Virus record (IMG/VR): IMGVR_UViG_3300048599_000745
Coordinates: 1-38,802 of that record
Length of the DNA: 38,802 nucleotides
Strand: one strand, 5' to 3'
Source: a virus
Lineage: Duplodnaviria > Caudoviricetes
This document shows, one piece after another, positions 1 through 8,552 of the stretch (position 1 is the first letter of the stretch; each line of letters opens with the position of its first letter). Both the position numbers and the translations under genes were made by a program. The notes beneath the pieces were generated by a model. The model saw only the letters and a program-made list of their open reading frames with translations. It was not told the origin of the DNA and did no database searches.

Positions 1-1233
1 TCACCCCGTTTTCGTTCCAGCCTGCTCTCGGTCGAAGCGCAGCGCGCGCCGTTTCCGCGCGGCGTTGGCAGCCGCCTTGGCGGTCGGCCGGGAATAAACC
101 GAAAGCATGTGGGGCGTCGTGTGGCCGCTGACGGACATCATTTCGCGGTCGGTAGCGCCAGCATCGCCTAGCTCGGTCAGCCCGCCGTGCCGCATGCCCA
201 TGAAGGTGACCTGGTCGGAGAGGCCGGCGGCGCGCGCGATCTTGCGGAACAGGTGGCGGAACCAGTCCTCCTTGTAGGGCAGGTGGACCTTCTTCCGCTT
301 ATCTTTGGTGTCGCGCATGACGATCAGCGAGCCGCGGCGCTGGGTCTGGTCGAGGCGGTCAGCGAGGCCGGGGATTAGCTCGATCTGCTGTCCCGTGGCG
401 GCGTCGGTTTCGAACAGCGGAACCCAGATCAGCTCATCGGTCTTGCTCTGGCGGACCTGGATCTCCGCGCGCACGCCGAAGTCCTTTGGCGATTTGTAGC
501 AGGCCCATGTGATGCCGGCGCGCAGCTCGCCATCCTCGACCAAGCCGATGACATCGCTCTCTCGCTGGCAAAGCTCAAAGGCCAGCATCACCGCCGTGCC
601 CATCGATCGATGGCCCAGCTCGTCCGCCTTGGCGATGAAGGTATAGGCTTCCTGGCGCGTCACGGCATAGGTGTTGCCGCCGAGCTTCTTCAGGTCGAGC
701 TTGGCGAACGGGTTGCGGGTGATGGCGTCGTATTCCAGCTCTTCGATGGCGAAGTTCCAGAGCAGCCGGCCGACACGCATCACCAGGTTGGAGGTCGCCA
801 GCCCGTGGCGCTCGGTCAGCACCTCCTGCATCTTGCGGACGTGCCGCCGCCGCAGTTTCGCCGCGGTGACGCCTTTGAACAGCGCGCCGGATTCGAGCTT
901 GTAGCTTTCGAGGATGTCTAAGGCGCGCTCATAATTCTCGCGGGTCCGGCGGCGCCGGCTGCGGAACTTCTCGTGCTTCTCGTATTCGCGCCGCAGCCAG
1001 GCCAGCGTCCCAGACTGCACGGTCGGCTGCTCACCCTTCGGCGCGCGCCAGGCATCCAGCAGCTTGTTGAGTTCTTCGGCGCGGACGACGGCCGCGGCCA
1101 GATCCTGGCCCAGCGCTTCGGCGACATAGGGGCAGCCGCGCTTCTTGAACTTCGTCGGGGGTGACCAGTAGTACGCCTTGGCGCCGCCGGCCAGCGTCTT
1201 ACTACTGAGATACCTGATCTCCAACTCGCCCAA
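1..1233 (-). CDS. int: Tyrosine recombinase / phage integrase
   Basis: Catalytic set: R (CQRESDV), K (QSKT), xxxRH (FMGMRH), H (VSGHT), Y (LSVYSR). TTG at 1233 lies 7 nt from AGGAG (1241-1245); TTG at 1239 is the alternative start. Confidence 0.95.
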   Translation of the reverse strand: MGELEIRYLSSKTLAGGAKAYYWSPPTKFKKRGCPYVAEALGQDLAAAVVRAEELNKLLDAWRAPKGEQPTVQSGTLAWLRREYEKHEKFRSRRRRTRENYERALDILESYKLESGALFKGVTAAKLRRRHVRKMQEVLTERHGLATSNLVMRVGRLLWNFAIEELEYDAITRNPFAKLDLKKLGGNTYAVTRQEAYTFIAKADELGHRSMGTAVMLAFELCQRESDVIGLVEDGELRAGITWACYKSPKDFGVRAEIQVRQSKTDELIWVPLFETDAATGQQIELIPGLADRLDQTQRRGSLIVMRDTKDKRKKVHLPYKEDWFRHLFRKIARAAGLSDQVTFMGMRHGGLTELGDAGATDREMMSVSGHTTPHMLSVYSRPTAKAAANAARKRRALRFDREQAGTKTG

Positions 1234-1504
1234 GGCCAAACTCCTGATCTAGATCCATGGGGGTCAGCGTGATACCGAGCGGGCCACCCGTCAATCCGGC
1301 CTGGCCGGTGCGCCGCGCGCTCGCATATTCGTCAAGCAAATCACGGTCGTAGCGGTTGCCCTCCATGGTCGGCTCGGGGTAGCGCCCGGCCTTGACCGCC
1401 TGCTTGTACTTGGCCTGGCACAGCCCGACATAGGCGGCGGCTTGGGCGAGGGTCAGCCCGCGCGGCCAGCCGGGCAGCTCTGCGAGGTCGAGCTTGCGGG
1501 TCAT
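1202..1504 (-). CDS. xis: Excisionase-like winged HTH protein
   Basis: WPRGLTLAQAAAYVGL...VKAGRYPEP...RYDRDLLD pattern; immediately upstream of and overlapping int. Confidence 0.8.
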   Translation of the reverse strand: MTRKLDLAELPGWPRGLTLAQAAAYVGLCQAKYKQAVKAGRYPEPTMEGNRYDRDLLDEYASARRTGQAGLTGGPLGITLTPMDLDQEFGLGRVGDQVSQ

Positions 1505-1710
1505 TCGCGCTTCCCCGCTGCGGCTTCCCTGCGTTCCTCCGCATCGTGAAATGTGGCGAGCGGGCAGAGCCGGAAAACCAAACAGGGCTGGAAGCCGTGC
1601 GTGAGATCGTCAGGCATCTTGCATCGCCCGGTGCCGTTCTCATGGTCACGCCGATAGTCGCCGCATTGGCAGACGTCGAGTTGGTGGGGCAGGCGCTTCA
1701 CGTCGCTCAT
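1501..1710 (-). CDS. Small Cys/His-rich hypothetical protein (69 aa, MSDVKRLPHQLDVCQCGD...)
   Basis: ATGA overlaps with both neighbours; CxC, H and C residues suggest Zn binding. Confidence 0.7.
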   Translation of the reverse strand: MSDVKRLPHQLDVCQCGDYRRDHENGTGRCKMPDDLTHGFQPCLVFRLCPLATFHDAEERREAAAGKRE

Positions 1711-1952
1711 GCCATCACCGCGCGCTCGCAGGCCTCGGCCTTGCAGCGATCCCAAAGACGATCCGCGAAGGCGGCCCAGGCTCGCCCGCGCTCCCCCATC
1801 AACCGGACGGCGCGCCGCCGAGCGAGGAACAGCCGGCGGCGTGTGGCCTTGCTGACCAGGCGCCAATGCTCTCCGCAGATCCATTCGGAGTAGGCCTCCG
1901 GCTTGTGGGTTCGCCGGCAGAACGGGACGAGGCAGGCGAGGCGATCGGTCAT
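1707..1952 (-). CDS. Hypothetical phage protein with Cx4C...CxxHW motif
   Basis: ATGA coupling at both ends; CLVPFC and WICGEHW motifs. Confidence 0.75.
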   Translation of the reverse strand: MTDRLACLVPFCRRTHKPEAYSEWICGEHWRLVSKATRRRLFLARRRAVRLMGERGRAWAAFADRLWDRCKAEACERAVMA

Positions 1953-3016
1953 GCCGGCATCTCGTTGTGCTCGATGCCGTCGAGGTGCCGGCCGGCGGCT
2001 TTCTTGCCCACCCTGCGCACCGATCGATGGTCAGGGAAGGTGTGCCAGGGGCCATCGCCCTCTACCTCGCTGACAGAAACCCATTCGCCCCATTGCTTGA
2101 AGAAGAAGGAGACGCCAGCCTCCGCGCATTGGTCGCGGAGATCTCGCGCCCACTGCGGGTTCATCGGGCGCGCATCCTTGCCGCTCTCGCCTCCTGCGAT
2201 CACCCAATCCAGCTTGGCCGGTGCGTCGAACTCGCGATAGCCGTGGCCGTCACCCCTGGTCCACCCCCGCAGCGCGTCCAGGTGTCCGAGGCCATAGCCC
2301 TCTCGCGGTTCCCGCCGCAGACGGGTCAGATCGATCGACCCCAGCAGCGGCTCGGCGCTGATGAAGCGGACAGCCGCGGGTGTCGCCAACAGATCCGGGA
2401 TTCGCTCATCGGCGCGCTGCTGATCTTCGGTGCTGACACCGAGCCAGACGTTCGCCAGCGGCCACCAGGTAGCGCCTGGTTCCCCATGCGGGGTCGGACC
2501 AACACCATTGGGGCCGAGGCCCAGCGCTCGGCAGAGGTCGGACTTGCGCAAGCTCTCGATCTCGCTGGCCACCCGTCCGCAGGCGTGCCCGGTCATCCAT
2601 CCTTCTTGCGTGTGGGCGGTCATGTAGTCCCGCATCCGCTTGCTGCGCTTCGTGAGCACCTGGAACCGATGCTGCGGGCAGAGTGCCATCACGGCGAAAG
2701 CGCGGTCGATCCAGGCATCGGGGATCGCTTCGTGGAACAGGTCCGACATGCTGTTGACGAAGATCGTGCGGGACCGCTTCCAGCGCATCGGCTGGAACAG
2801 GATGTGGTCGGGCGCCTGGGCCAGCTTGCCGGTCCACACGGCGCCCGCCTTGGTCATCCGGGTTGTGCCGGCGTAGTGGGTGCAGGGCGTCATCCGCTCG
2901 ATGCGCGCGGCCTGCTTCATGGCGTAGCAGCGCTTGCAGCCGGGCGAGATGACGCTGCACCCCACAACGGGGTTCCAGGTCGCGTCGGTCCACTGGATGC
3001 CTGTCTTGTCACCCAT
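1949..3016 (-). CDS. Phage Gp37/Gp68 (DUF5131) radical-SAM-like protein
   Basis: IQWTDATWNPVVGCSVISPGCKRCYA, FVNSMSDLFH, FQVLTKR, NVWLGVS, FISAEPLLG, WVIAGGESG, FFFKQWG family motifs; start MGDKT at 3016. Confidence 0.93.
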   Translation of the reverse strand: MGDKTGIQWTDATWNPVVGCSVISPGCKRCYAMKQAARIERMTPCTHYAGTTRMTKAGAVWTGKLAQAPDHILFQPMRWKRSRTIFVNSMSDLFHEAIPDAWIDRAFAVMALCPQHRFQVLTKRSKRMRDYMTAHTQEGWMTGHACGRVASEIESLRKSDLCRALGLGPNGVGPTPHGEPGATWWPLANVWLGVSTEDQQRADERIPDLLATPAAVRFISAEPLLGSIDLTRLRREPREGYGLGHLDALRGWTRGDGHGYREFDAPAKLDWVIAGGESGKDARPMNPQWARDLRDQCAEAGVSFFFKQWGEWVSVSEVEGDGPWHTFPDHRSVRRVGKKAAGRHLDGIEHNEMPA

Positions 3017-3587
3017 TGCCCAGCTCCTTCCGCGCCTCTTCGATGGCGGCGTTGTAGCGGCGTTGCGTCTCTTCGTTCCCGCCTTCGTTGTGCAGCCTGA
3101 AGGACAGATCGCGGTATTTGACATTGGCCGACTGGACCGTGGCATGGTCGCCCAGTACGTCGCGCCAGCCGCCCGGCGCCGGCAAGGCCTGGAAGCCCTC
3201 GAAGGCTCGCTCCATCATCGTCGCGCCGCCGTGCCGGTCGAGGCCGCGCAGGTGCTCGATGGCCAGGCCGATGGAGCGCAGGTTGTCATGCACGGAATCG
3301 AACACGTCCCGCGCCATCACCATCTGCTTGCCCAGGTAGGTGAAGTAGACGGCCACGCCAGGATCCGAGAGGCGGGACCTGGCGGCATCGGCGCGCGGCA
3401 GCCCGTCATTCCGCAGCGGCAACCAAGACGACACCACGGCATTGGTGGCGCCGAGCCTGTCGAGCTCCAGGAACAGATCGGCGCGCGCCTTGGTAAAGGT
3501 GGTCTTGAAGCGGCTATTGGCGGCGCGATGGGCCACCGGCGTGCGCTTCCAGCCATCGGGCCATTGGAGTGGATAGGCGGATGTCAT
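3009..3587 (-). CDS. Phage protein with C-terminal degenerate DnaJ (J) domain
   Basis: AYPLQWPDGWKRT N-terminus, DPGVAVYF, AFEGFQALPAP, then WRDVLG...YRDLSFRLHNEGG...YNAAIEEA J-like helices; ATGA coupling. Confidence 0.85.
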   Translation of the reverse strand: MTSAYPLQWPDGWKRTPVAHRAANSRFKTTFTKARADLFLELDRLGATNAVVSSWLPLRNDGLPRADAARSRLSDPGVAVYFTYLGKQMVMARDVFDSVHDNLRSIGLAIEHLRGLDRHGGATMMERAFEGFQALPAPGGWRDVLGDHATVQSANVKYRDLSFRLHNEGGNEETQRRYNAAIEEARKELGNG

Positions 3588-3817
3588 GCTGCAGCCTTCT
3601 CCAACAGGGTGATGGCTCGCGAGCGCCGCGGCGCCCAATCGATGTGACCGCGCTCCTTGAGCCGCTGAAGGAGCTGGTGAACGTCCGATGCCGACTTCAT
3701 CCCGAGGCCGGCGCAGATCTCGCGGCGGGTCGGGGAGGCGCCGTTGTTCTCCGCGATGTATCGGCGGATGAAGCCGAGGCATTCGGCCTGGCGCGGGGTG
3801 AGGCCCAGGGCCGTCAT
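3584..3817 (-). CDS. LexA DNA-binding-domain-only protein
   Basis: LTPRQAECLGFI...SPTRREICAGLGMKSASDVHQLLQRLKERGHI...SRAITL matches the LexA N-terminal wHTH; no peptidase domain. Confidence 0.9.
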   Translation of the reverse strand: MTALGLTPRQAECLGFIRRYIAENNGASPTRREICAGLGMKSASDVHQLLQRLKERGHIDWAPRRSRAITLLEKAAA

Positions 3818-4113
3818 GAGCGGACCTCGATCTTCGCCTGGTTGATGGCGTCGTGAAGATCCGCGATCCCGTTGAACACCGGCTTTGCGTCGGAAGGCGC
3901 GGCGTCGATTCGGGCTTCCAGATCAGCCAGCACCTTCTCTCCCGCAGCCAGCAGGGCGGTGCCGGCCGCGAGTACTCGGGCGAGGTGGGCGGCTGCCTTC
4001 GGCTCCAGCCATTCGCCCAACAGCAGGCGGCCGTAGGTGACGCCATCGGCGCCCTGCAGGGTGAAGGCGTGGCCCCAGGGCTTGGCCTCCAGCGGGGTGA
4101 CAATGTCTTTCAT
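3814..4113 (-). CDS. Hypothetical phage protein
   Basis: ATGA coupling at both ends. Confidence 0.75.
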   Translation of the reverse strand: MKDIVTPLEAKPWGHAFTLQGADGVTYGRLLLGEWLEPKAAAHLARVLAAGTALLAAGEKVLADLEARIDAAPSDAKPVFNGIADLHDAINQAKIEVRS

Positions 4114-5108
4114 GCTGCGCTCCGCAGGGCCATGGTGAAGGCTTCATCGACGGTGCGCGCCTGGGCCTCGAAGCCCTTACCCTGGAGATCGGCGATCACC
4201 GGGCCGTTCAGCTCCCGGAATCGGCGCAGCTTCTCGGGGTCGCGGAGGCTGTCGATCGCCATCCGCATCTTCGCCACCCATTCCTCGATGTTCTGGCACT
4301 GAACGGTGGTCGACCCCTTGTTGATCGGGAAGGTCACCTGCTCGGCGGAGCCTTCGATCTGGCCTTCTTCGACCGGCTGCACCTGGGTCATTTGAACGTT
4401 GTCATGGATGACGCCCTCGCGCGGGTCGATCCAGGAATGCAGGCCGCGCTCTTCGTGCAGCTCTTCCATGACGGCGCCGAGCTGGAAGACGTTGAGCGGC
4501 ATCGAGCGCGCCAGCCGGCGCTTGGCCGACTTCTCGCACATCGCCGGGAAGCCGATGGCCGGGTCATTCCACGGGCTGTCCGACTTCCGCGCGCCGGGGC
4601 TTCGCTGCTTGATCGCCAGCAGCTCATCTTGCCGCAGAAAGACTGGGATGGACGGTGCGATGTCAGAGCCGGCCAGCGCCCAGGCGCCGATCTGCTTGCG
4701 ATTGGCGACGGGTTCCAGGCTCGGCTTGTGGATGATGGGCTGGGCGCGGCCGTAATCGATGTCGAACTTGTCGCCCTCCAGCACCAGGCCGCCGCGGATG
4801 GCGTAGCGCGCGCGGGCGCCCAGCGTGTTGTAGCCCTTATAGCCGATGACGGTCTGAGCTTTGCCGGCGAACGGGATCAGGAAGCCCTGGCCGGTGACGC
4901 CATCGGCCTCAAGACCCAGCACCGCCAGCGTGGTCGACGCCTGCATGACGCTGGCCTTGGTGCATTCCAGCAGCTTCGGGGTCCGCTCCAGCGAGATGAG
5001 GACCGTGCGGATCAGCCGCGCGACGGGGAACCCCTTGGGCAGCACGTCCGCGAAGGTCGGCGTCATCGAATTGAGGTCGGTTTCGTAGACCGTCAGGGCA
5101 TTGCTCAC
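4110..5108 (-). CDS. recT: RecT-family single-strand annealing recombinase
   Basis: PKLLECTKASV...LGLE...GFLIPF...IGYKGY...SPWND...MCEKSAKRRLARSMP RecT motifs; adjacent to YqaJ. Confidence 0.92.
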   Translation of the reverse strand: MSNALTVYETDLNSMTPTFADVLPKGFPVARLIRTVLISLERTPKLLECTKASVMQASTTLAVLGLEADGVTGQGFLIPFAGKAQTVIGYKGYNTLGARARYAIRGGLVLEGDKFDIDYGRAQPIIHKPSLEPVANRKQIGAWALAGSDIAPSIPVFLRQDELLAIKQRSPGARKSDSPWNDPAIGFPAMCEKSAKRRLARSMPLNVFQLGAVMEELHEERGLHSWIDPREGVIHDNVQMTQVQPVEEGQIEGSAEQVTFPINKGSTTVQCQNIEEWVAKMRMAIDSLRDPEKLRRFRELNGPVIADLQGKGFEAQARTVDEAFTMALRSAA

Positions 5109-6100
5109 GGGGTCAGCTCCTTCACTTCATCGAGAAAATCGGGCGCGGCTGTCTCGGTCACGTCGAGGGTGGTTCTGACGCCGCCGGCTTTGGCCTGGTG
5201 CTGCCATGCGAGAGCCTTATCGATCTCGCTGGCATGGGCGGAGTTGAGGCCGCGGAGCGGGATGGCGATCTCCGCCGGCAGGCTGATGATGCTCGGCTTC
5301 GTCTGTGACCTTTTGATCCGGATTTCAGCGCCCGGCAGGATCAGTGTCTCCGCGTCGCCGGCAGCGGCCAGCAGCTTCGCCTTCTTGTCCTTTTCCACCC
5401 GCTCCATCGCCGCGCGCTCCGCCGCCGCCCAGCGGTAGAGCCGCGCGTCCTCGCCAAGGCTGGTGTCGGTAAGGGTCAGCACCTTGCGCTCGACAGTGGC
5501 CGGGTAGAGGGCGGCCAGCACCGGGATCTCGGTCTCGCTGCCCAGCGCGTCGGGCGCGTCCTCGGCCTCTAGGCTCGCAAGGAATGCCTGCGCCTCGCCG
5601 TTGATGCGCGACACCAGGGCCTCGCTCGGGGTGCGCTCGTAGAGCAGCAGATTGTCGTTCTGGCCGATCATGGCGGCGATGACGCCCCAGCTCGCGCCGG
5701 TGGCCAGCATTTCGGTCTGCGCCTGGAGCTCGACCCACTTCGGCGCCATCGCCTCGGTCCAGTTCTCCTTCCAGGACATGTAGCTGACCGCCTTCGCCTG
5801 CACGATGCCGAGGCCGCGCGCCGGGTCGTAGACCGTGGCGTCCCTGGTGCAGCCGATCGGCGCGCGGCGCACGTATTCGCGCGCGGCATTGTGGGTGACC
5901 TCGAGCCGGAGCCGTTCCTGCACCTGGTCGAGGATGAAGGGCTCCACGAACTTGCCGAAGGTCATGCGGCGATTCTCGGCTGTCTCACCGACGCCGGACT
6001 TGAACCAATGCCAGAGCGTGAAGCGGGTGGCGTAGGGCGAGAGGTTGAAAAGCGCGCCCACCTGCGACGCGGAAACGGTCTGCTTCAGCGGATCAGGCAT
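5105..6100 (-). CDS. YqaJ-like viral recombinase exonuclease
   Basis: VSASQVGALFNLSPYATRFTLW, MTFGKFVEP, GCTRDA...IVQAK, ELQAQTEM motifs; paired with RecT. Confidence 0.88.
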   Translation of the reverse strand: MPDPLKQTVSASQVGALFNLSPYATRFTLWHWFKSGVGETAENRRMTFGKFVEPFILDQVQERLRLEVTHNAAREYVRRAPIGCTRDATVYDPARGLGIVQAKAVSYMSWKENWTEAMAPKWVELQAQTEMLATGASWGVIAAMIGQNDNLLLYERTPSEALVSRINGEAQAFLASLEAEDAPDALGSETEIPVLAALYPATVERKVLTLTDTSLGEDARLYRWAAAERAAMERVEKDKKAKLLAAAGDAETLILPGAEIRIKRSQTKPSIISLPAEIAIPLRGLNSAHASEIDKALAWQHQAKAGGVRTTLDVTETAAPDFLDEVKELTP

Positions 6101-6515
6101 GGGCCACCATTGACAGAAAGGACGATTGTCCGGAGATCAAGGGGCGGCCATGCAGAAACGCCGCCGGAAGCCCAACGCTCTCAAGCGGGGACCCGATCTG
6201 TCGCCGGTCGGGGTGGTGCTTCGCCGCCTCGCGCGGCGGCGCAAAGCCCTCGGCATTTCCCAGACCGAAATGGATTCCATCATCGGCTGCGCCGCCGGCC
6301 TGGTGAGCAAGTGGGAATGCGGCGTGCGCAATATCTCCCCGGTGATGCTTGGCTGGTACGCGGAGGCGCTGGGCGTCGAGCTGACGATCAAGATCAAGGA
6401 GCGATGGTCCGCCCCGCGGACGGAGCCGCTGCAGCTCAGCCTCAACTTCGTGAAGTTCTTCGCGCGGCCGCAGCGACGGCGGGAGCGGGACGGGGGCTGA
6501 CGGGGCGCCGCTCAT
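6093..6515 (-). CDS. Antisense ORF spanning the HTH gene; possible translational bridge
   Basis: Starts by ATGA overlap with the upstream stop (6512-6515) and stops overlapping the YqaJ ATG (6093-6100); no recognisable domain. Confidence 0.35.
   Translation of the reverse strand: MSGAPSAPVPLPPSLRPREELHEVEAELQRLRPRGGPSLLDLDRQLDAQRLRVPAKHHRGDIAHAAFPLAHQAGGAADDGIHFGLGNAEGFAPPREAAKHHPDRRQIGSPLESVGLPAAFLHGRPLISGQSSFLSMVAHA
6150..6500 (+). CDS. XRE-family HTH regulator, opposite to the surrounding operon
   Basis: RRKALGISQTEMDSIIGCAAGLVSKWECGVRNIS...YAEALGVEL; TTGACA at 6110-6115 and AAGGGG before ATG 6150. Confidence 0.85.
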   Translation: MQKRRRKPNALKRGPDLSPVGVVLRRLARRRKALGISQTEMDSIIGCAAGLVSKWECGVRNISPVMLGWYAEALGVELTIKIKERWSAPRTEPLQLSLNFVKFFARPQRRRERDGG

Positions 6516-6748
6516 GCTTGGCCCGCGCTGGCAACGGCCTTATCAGCGATGTAGGCGATGACCGGGCTGCAGCTCTCTTCGGCGCGGATCTTCTGGAGAG
6601 CGGTCAGCAAGTCGCGATTGACCGTCAGCAGGTGGGGGATGTCCTCGTGGCTGTCGGTGATCGTCAGCGAGGGGTCCTCTTTGCCGATGGCGGCGCAGGC
6701 GGCTGCGTAGCGGGCCTGGATGGCGGCGGGGCTCTTGTCGCTGAGCAT
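6512..6748 (-). CDS. Hypothetical protein (MLSDKSPAAIQARY..., 78 aa)
   Basis: TGATG coupling at 6746-6750. Confidence 0.7.
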   Translation of the reverse strand: MLSDKSPAAIQARYAAACAAIGKEDPSLTITDSHEDIPHLLTVNRDLLTALQKIRAEESCSPVIAYIADKAVASAGQA

Positions 6749-6924
6749 CACGCCACCTTGCGCGCGGCGCGCAGCTCGGGCTTGCGCGAATAGTCCTGGC
6801 CGAAATACGCCGCGTCGGGGATGCGCGGGCGCCGCTTCGGGCGCATGAGGAAGCCCCACAGCCAGCCGAGCGCGACGCCAAAGAGGGCGAGACAGATAAC
6901 GATGTCGATGGGAACGAGCTGCAT
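6748..6924 (-). CDS. Small single-pass membrane protein (58 aa)
   Basis: IVICLALFGVALGWLWGFL hydrophobic segment followed by basic tail; TGATG coupling. Confidence 0.7.
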   Translation of the reverse strand: MQLVPIDIVICLALFGVALGWLWGFLMRPKRRPRIPDAAYFGQDYSRKPELRAARKVA

Positions 6925-7250
6925 CAGTAGCCTCCGACGATGGCCTTGTTGACCTCTGCGCGGTCGAGCAGCGGCGATGTGTAGACGAGGCAGCCTTTCT
7001 CGAATCCCATGGCCACCATGTCCGACTTCACGCCGCGCCAGAAAAGGACCCAGCTCCACGATGGAGGCGCGTCCGGCTCCGCGCGCTTGTTGAAGTAGGA
7101 GAGAAACCGCGCGCCCTGCGCTTCGGTCAGCCGCACGAAGCCGAGCTTGGCATTGAGCTCGATGGCCTGGTCGGGGGAAACGCAGGCGGCTTCAGCCGTT
7201 GGGGCGACGGCCAGCGCTAACACAAGCGCGAGGGCGCGCGGCACCGCCAT
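6924..7250 (-). CDS. Exported hypothetical protein
   Basis: Signal peptide MAVPRALALVLALAVAPTAEA; two Cys in mature part; AAGGAG upstream. Confidence 0.75.
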   Translation of the reverse strand: MAVPRALALVLALAVAPTAEAACVSPDQAIELNAKLGFVRLTEAQGARFLSYFNKRAEPDAPPSWSWVLFWRGVKSDMVAMGFEKGCLVYTSPLLDRAEVNKAIVGGY

Positions 7251-8063
7251 CTAGGCGGCTTCCTTAGCCGGCAACTGGCCGGTGATGGTCAGGAATTCCA
7301 CGATCCAGTCTTCGGTGATCTTCGCCACCTTGCTAGTTTCGGGGGTGTCGCCCTCCTTGATGCCGGTGAACCATGCCTCTGCCGGCCGGCTGGAATTCGG
7401 CTCAAGGCCGTTCTCGAGGCTGCGATAGTTGACGCCGCGGACATTGGCGATCGTCCCGACCAAGCAGGCGCAGTCGCCCTGATAGGTCGAGCCGTCGACC
7501 TTCCCGGCGCGGAGCGCCGCCAGCAGGCCCGGAACTTCGGCCTGCGCACGGATCAGGATGTCGAAGAGGTCAACTTGGATGCTCTTCAGGTTGGCGCGGA
7601 CGAGGTTGGCGCCGTAGAGGTTGGCGCCGTAGAGGTTGGCGCGGACGAGGTTGGCGCCGTCGAGGTTGGCGCCGTCGAGGTTGGCGCCGTAGAGGTTGGC
7701 GCCGTAGAGGTTGGCGCGGACGAGGTTGGCGCGGACGAGGTTGGCGCGGACGAGGTTGGCGCCGTCGAGGTTGGCGCGGACGAGGTTGGCGCGGACGAGG
7801 TTGGCGCCGTCGAGGTTGGCGCCGTCGAGGTTGGCGCCGTCGAGGTTGGCGCCGTCGAGGTTGGCGCCGTAGAGGTTGGCGCGGACGAGGTTGGCGCCGT
7901 CGAGGTTGGCGCCGTCGAGGTTGGCGCCGTCGAGGTTGGCGCCTTGCTTGGCAGCAATTTCGAGCGCAGCTCGGAGCCGCCAGCGTTCCTCGGTGCTCTC
8001 GGGGATTTCGATTTCGAGCGAGGCCTTGGCCGTCCAGCTCAGGAAGGGGATGGAGATCTTCAT
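7251..8063 (-). CDS. Pentapeptide-repeat protein
   Basis: 24 ANLxx units; C-terminal GKVDGSTYQGDCACLVGTIA domain; start ATG 8063 or GTG 8066. Confidence 0.93.
   Translation of the reverse strand: MKISIPFLSWTAKASLEIEIPESTEERWRLRAALEIAAKQGANLDGANLDGANLDGANLVRANLYGANLDGANLDGANLDGANLDGANLVRANLVRANLDGANLVRANLVRANLVRANLYGANLYGANLDGANLDGANLVRANLYGANLYGANLVRANLKSIQVDLFDILIRAQAEVPGLLAALRAGKVDGSTYQGDCACLVGTIANVRGVNYRSLENGLEPNSSRPAEAWFTGIKEGDTPETSKVAKITEDWIVEFLTITGQLPAKEAA
7587..7940 (-). repeat. 15-bp tandem repeat array (23 full units plus one partial) built from three exact unit types
   Basis: GCCAACCTCGACGGC x10, GCCAACCTCGTCCGC x8, GCCAACCTCTACGGC x5. Confidence 0.97.
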
Positions 8064-8437
8064 CACGCGGCCTCCTGCTTCTCGGCCGGCTGCAGCGCCT
8101 TTAGCACCGCCTCCAGCTTCGTCTGCGCCCACGTGGCGCACTCCAAGGCGATCAGGCGGCGGCGCTCGTGCTGCTTCTCCCAGCCGTCTTTGCTGTTGTG
8201 GTCGCTCGCCTCGATGACCAACTGGCGGCTGGCTTCCAGCAGCGCGCTGTCCCGCTCGAGCTCCGCCAGCGCGTAGCGCAGGCTGCGCATCGCTCGTTCG
8301 ACTGGCGTCAGGGACCGGTCGTAAGATTTCTCCGCCGCTTCAACGATGCGGATTCGTTCTCTCTCTTCAGGAGGAATGGGGCCTTCGAACCAGTTCTCGA
8401 CTTGGTCGCGCATGTGGCTGGACAGCGAACGCTGCAT
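8063..8437 (-). CDS. First gene of leftward early operon, helical hypothetical protein
   Basis: GGAGGGGG upstream of ATG; coupled to the pentapeptide gene. Confidence 0.75.
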   Translation of the reverse strand: MQRSLSSHMRDQVENWFEGPIPPEERERIRIVEAAEKSYDRSLTPVERAMRSLRYALAELERDSALLEASRQLVIEASDHNSKDGWEKQHERRRLIALECATWAQTKLEAVLKALQPAEKQEAA

Positions 8438-8552
8438 GGATTTCCCCCTCCGTAGGGCCGGCGAGCGCTTGAGGCCCGCCCGCCGGCTGCTCTTGGTCCA
8501 CGGAATTCCCGGTTCCTCCGGGTCGGCGCCGCTGGAATCAGCGACGGCCCGG

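Noticed and set aside
7587-7940. CRISPR-like repeat array
   Set aside because: Contiguous 15-bp in-frame coding repeats with no unique spacers and no cas operon
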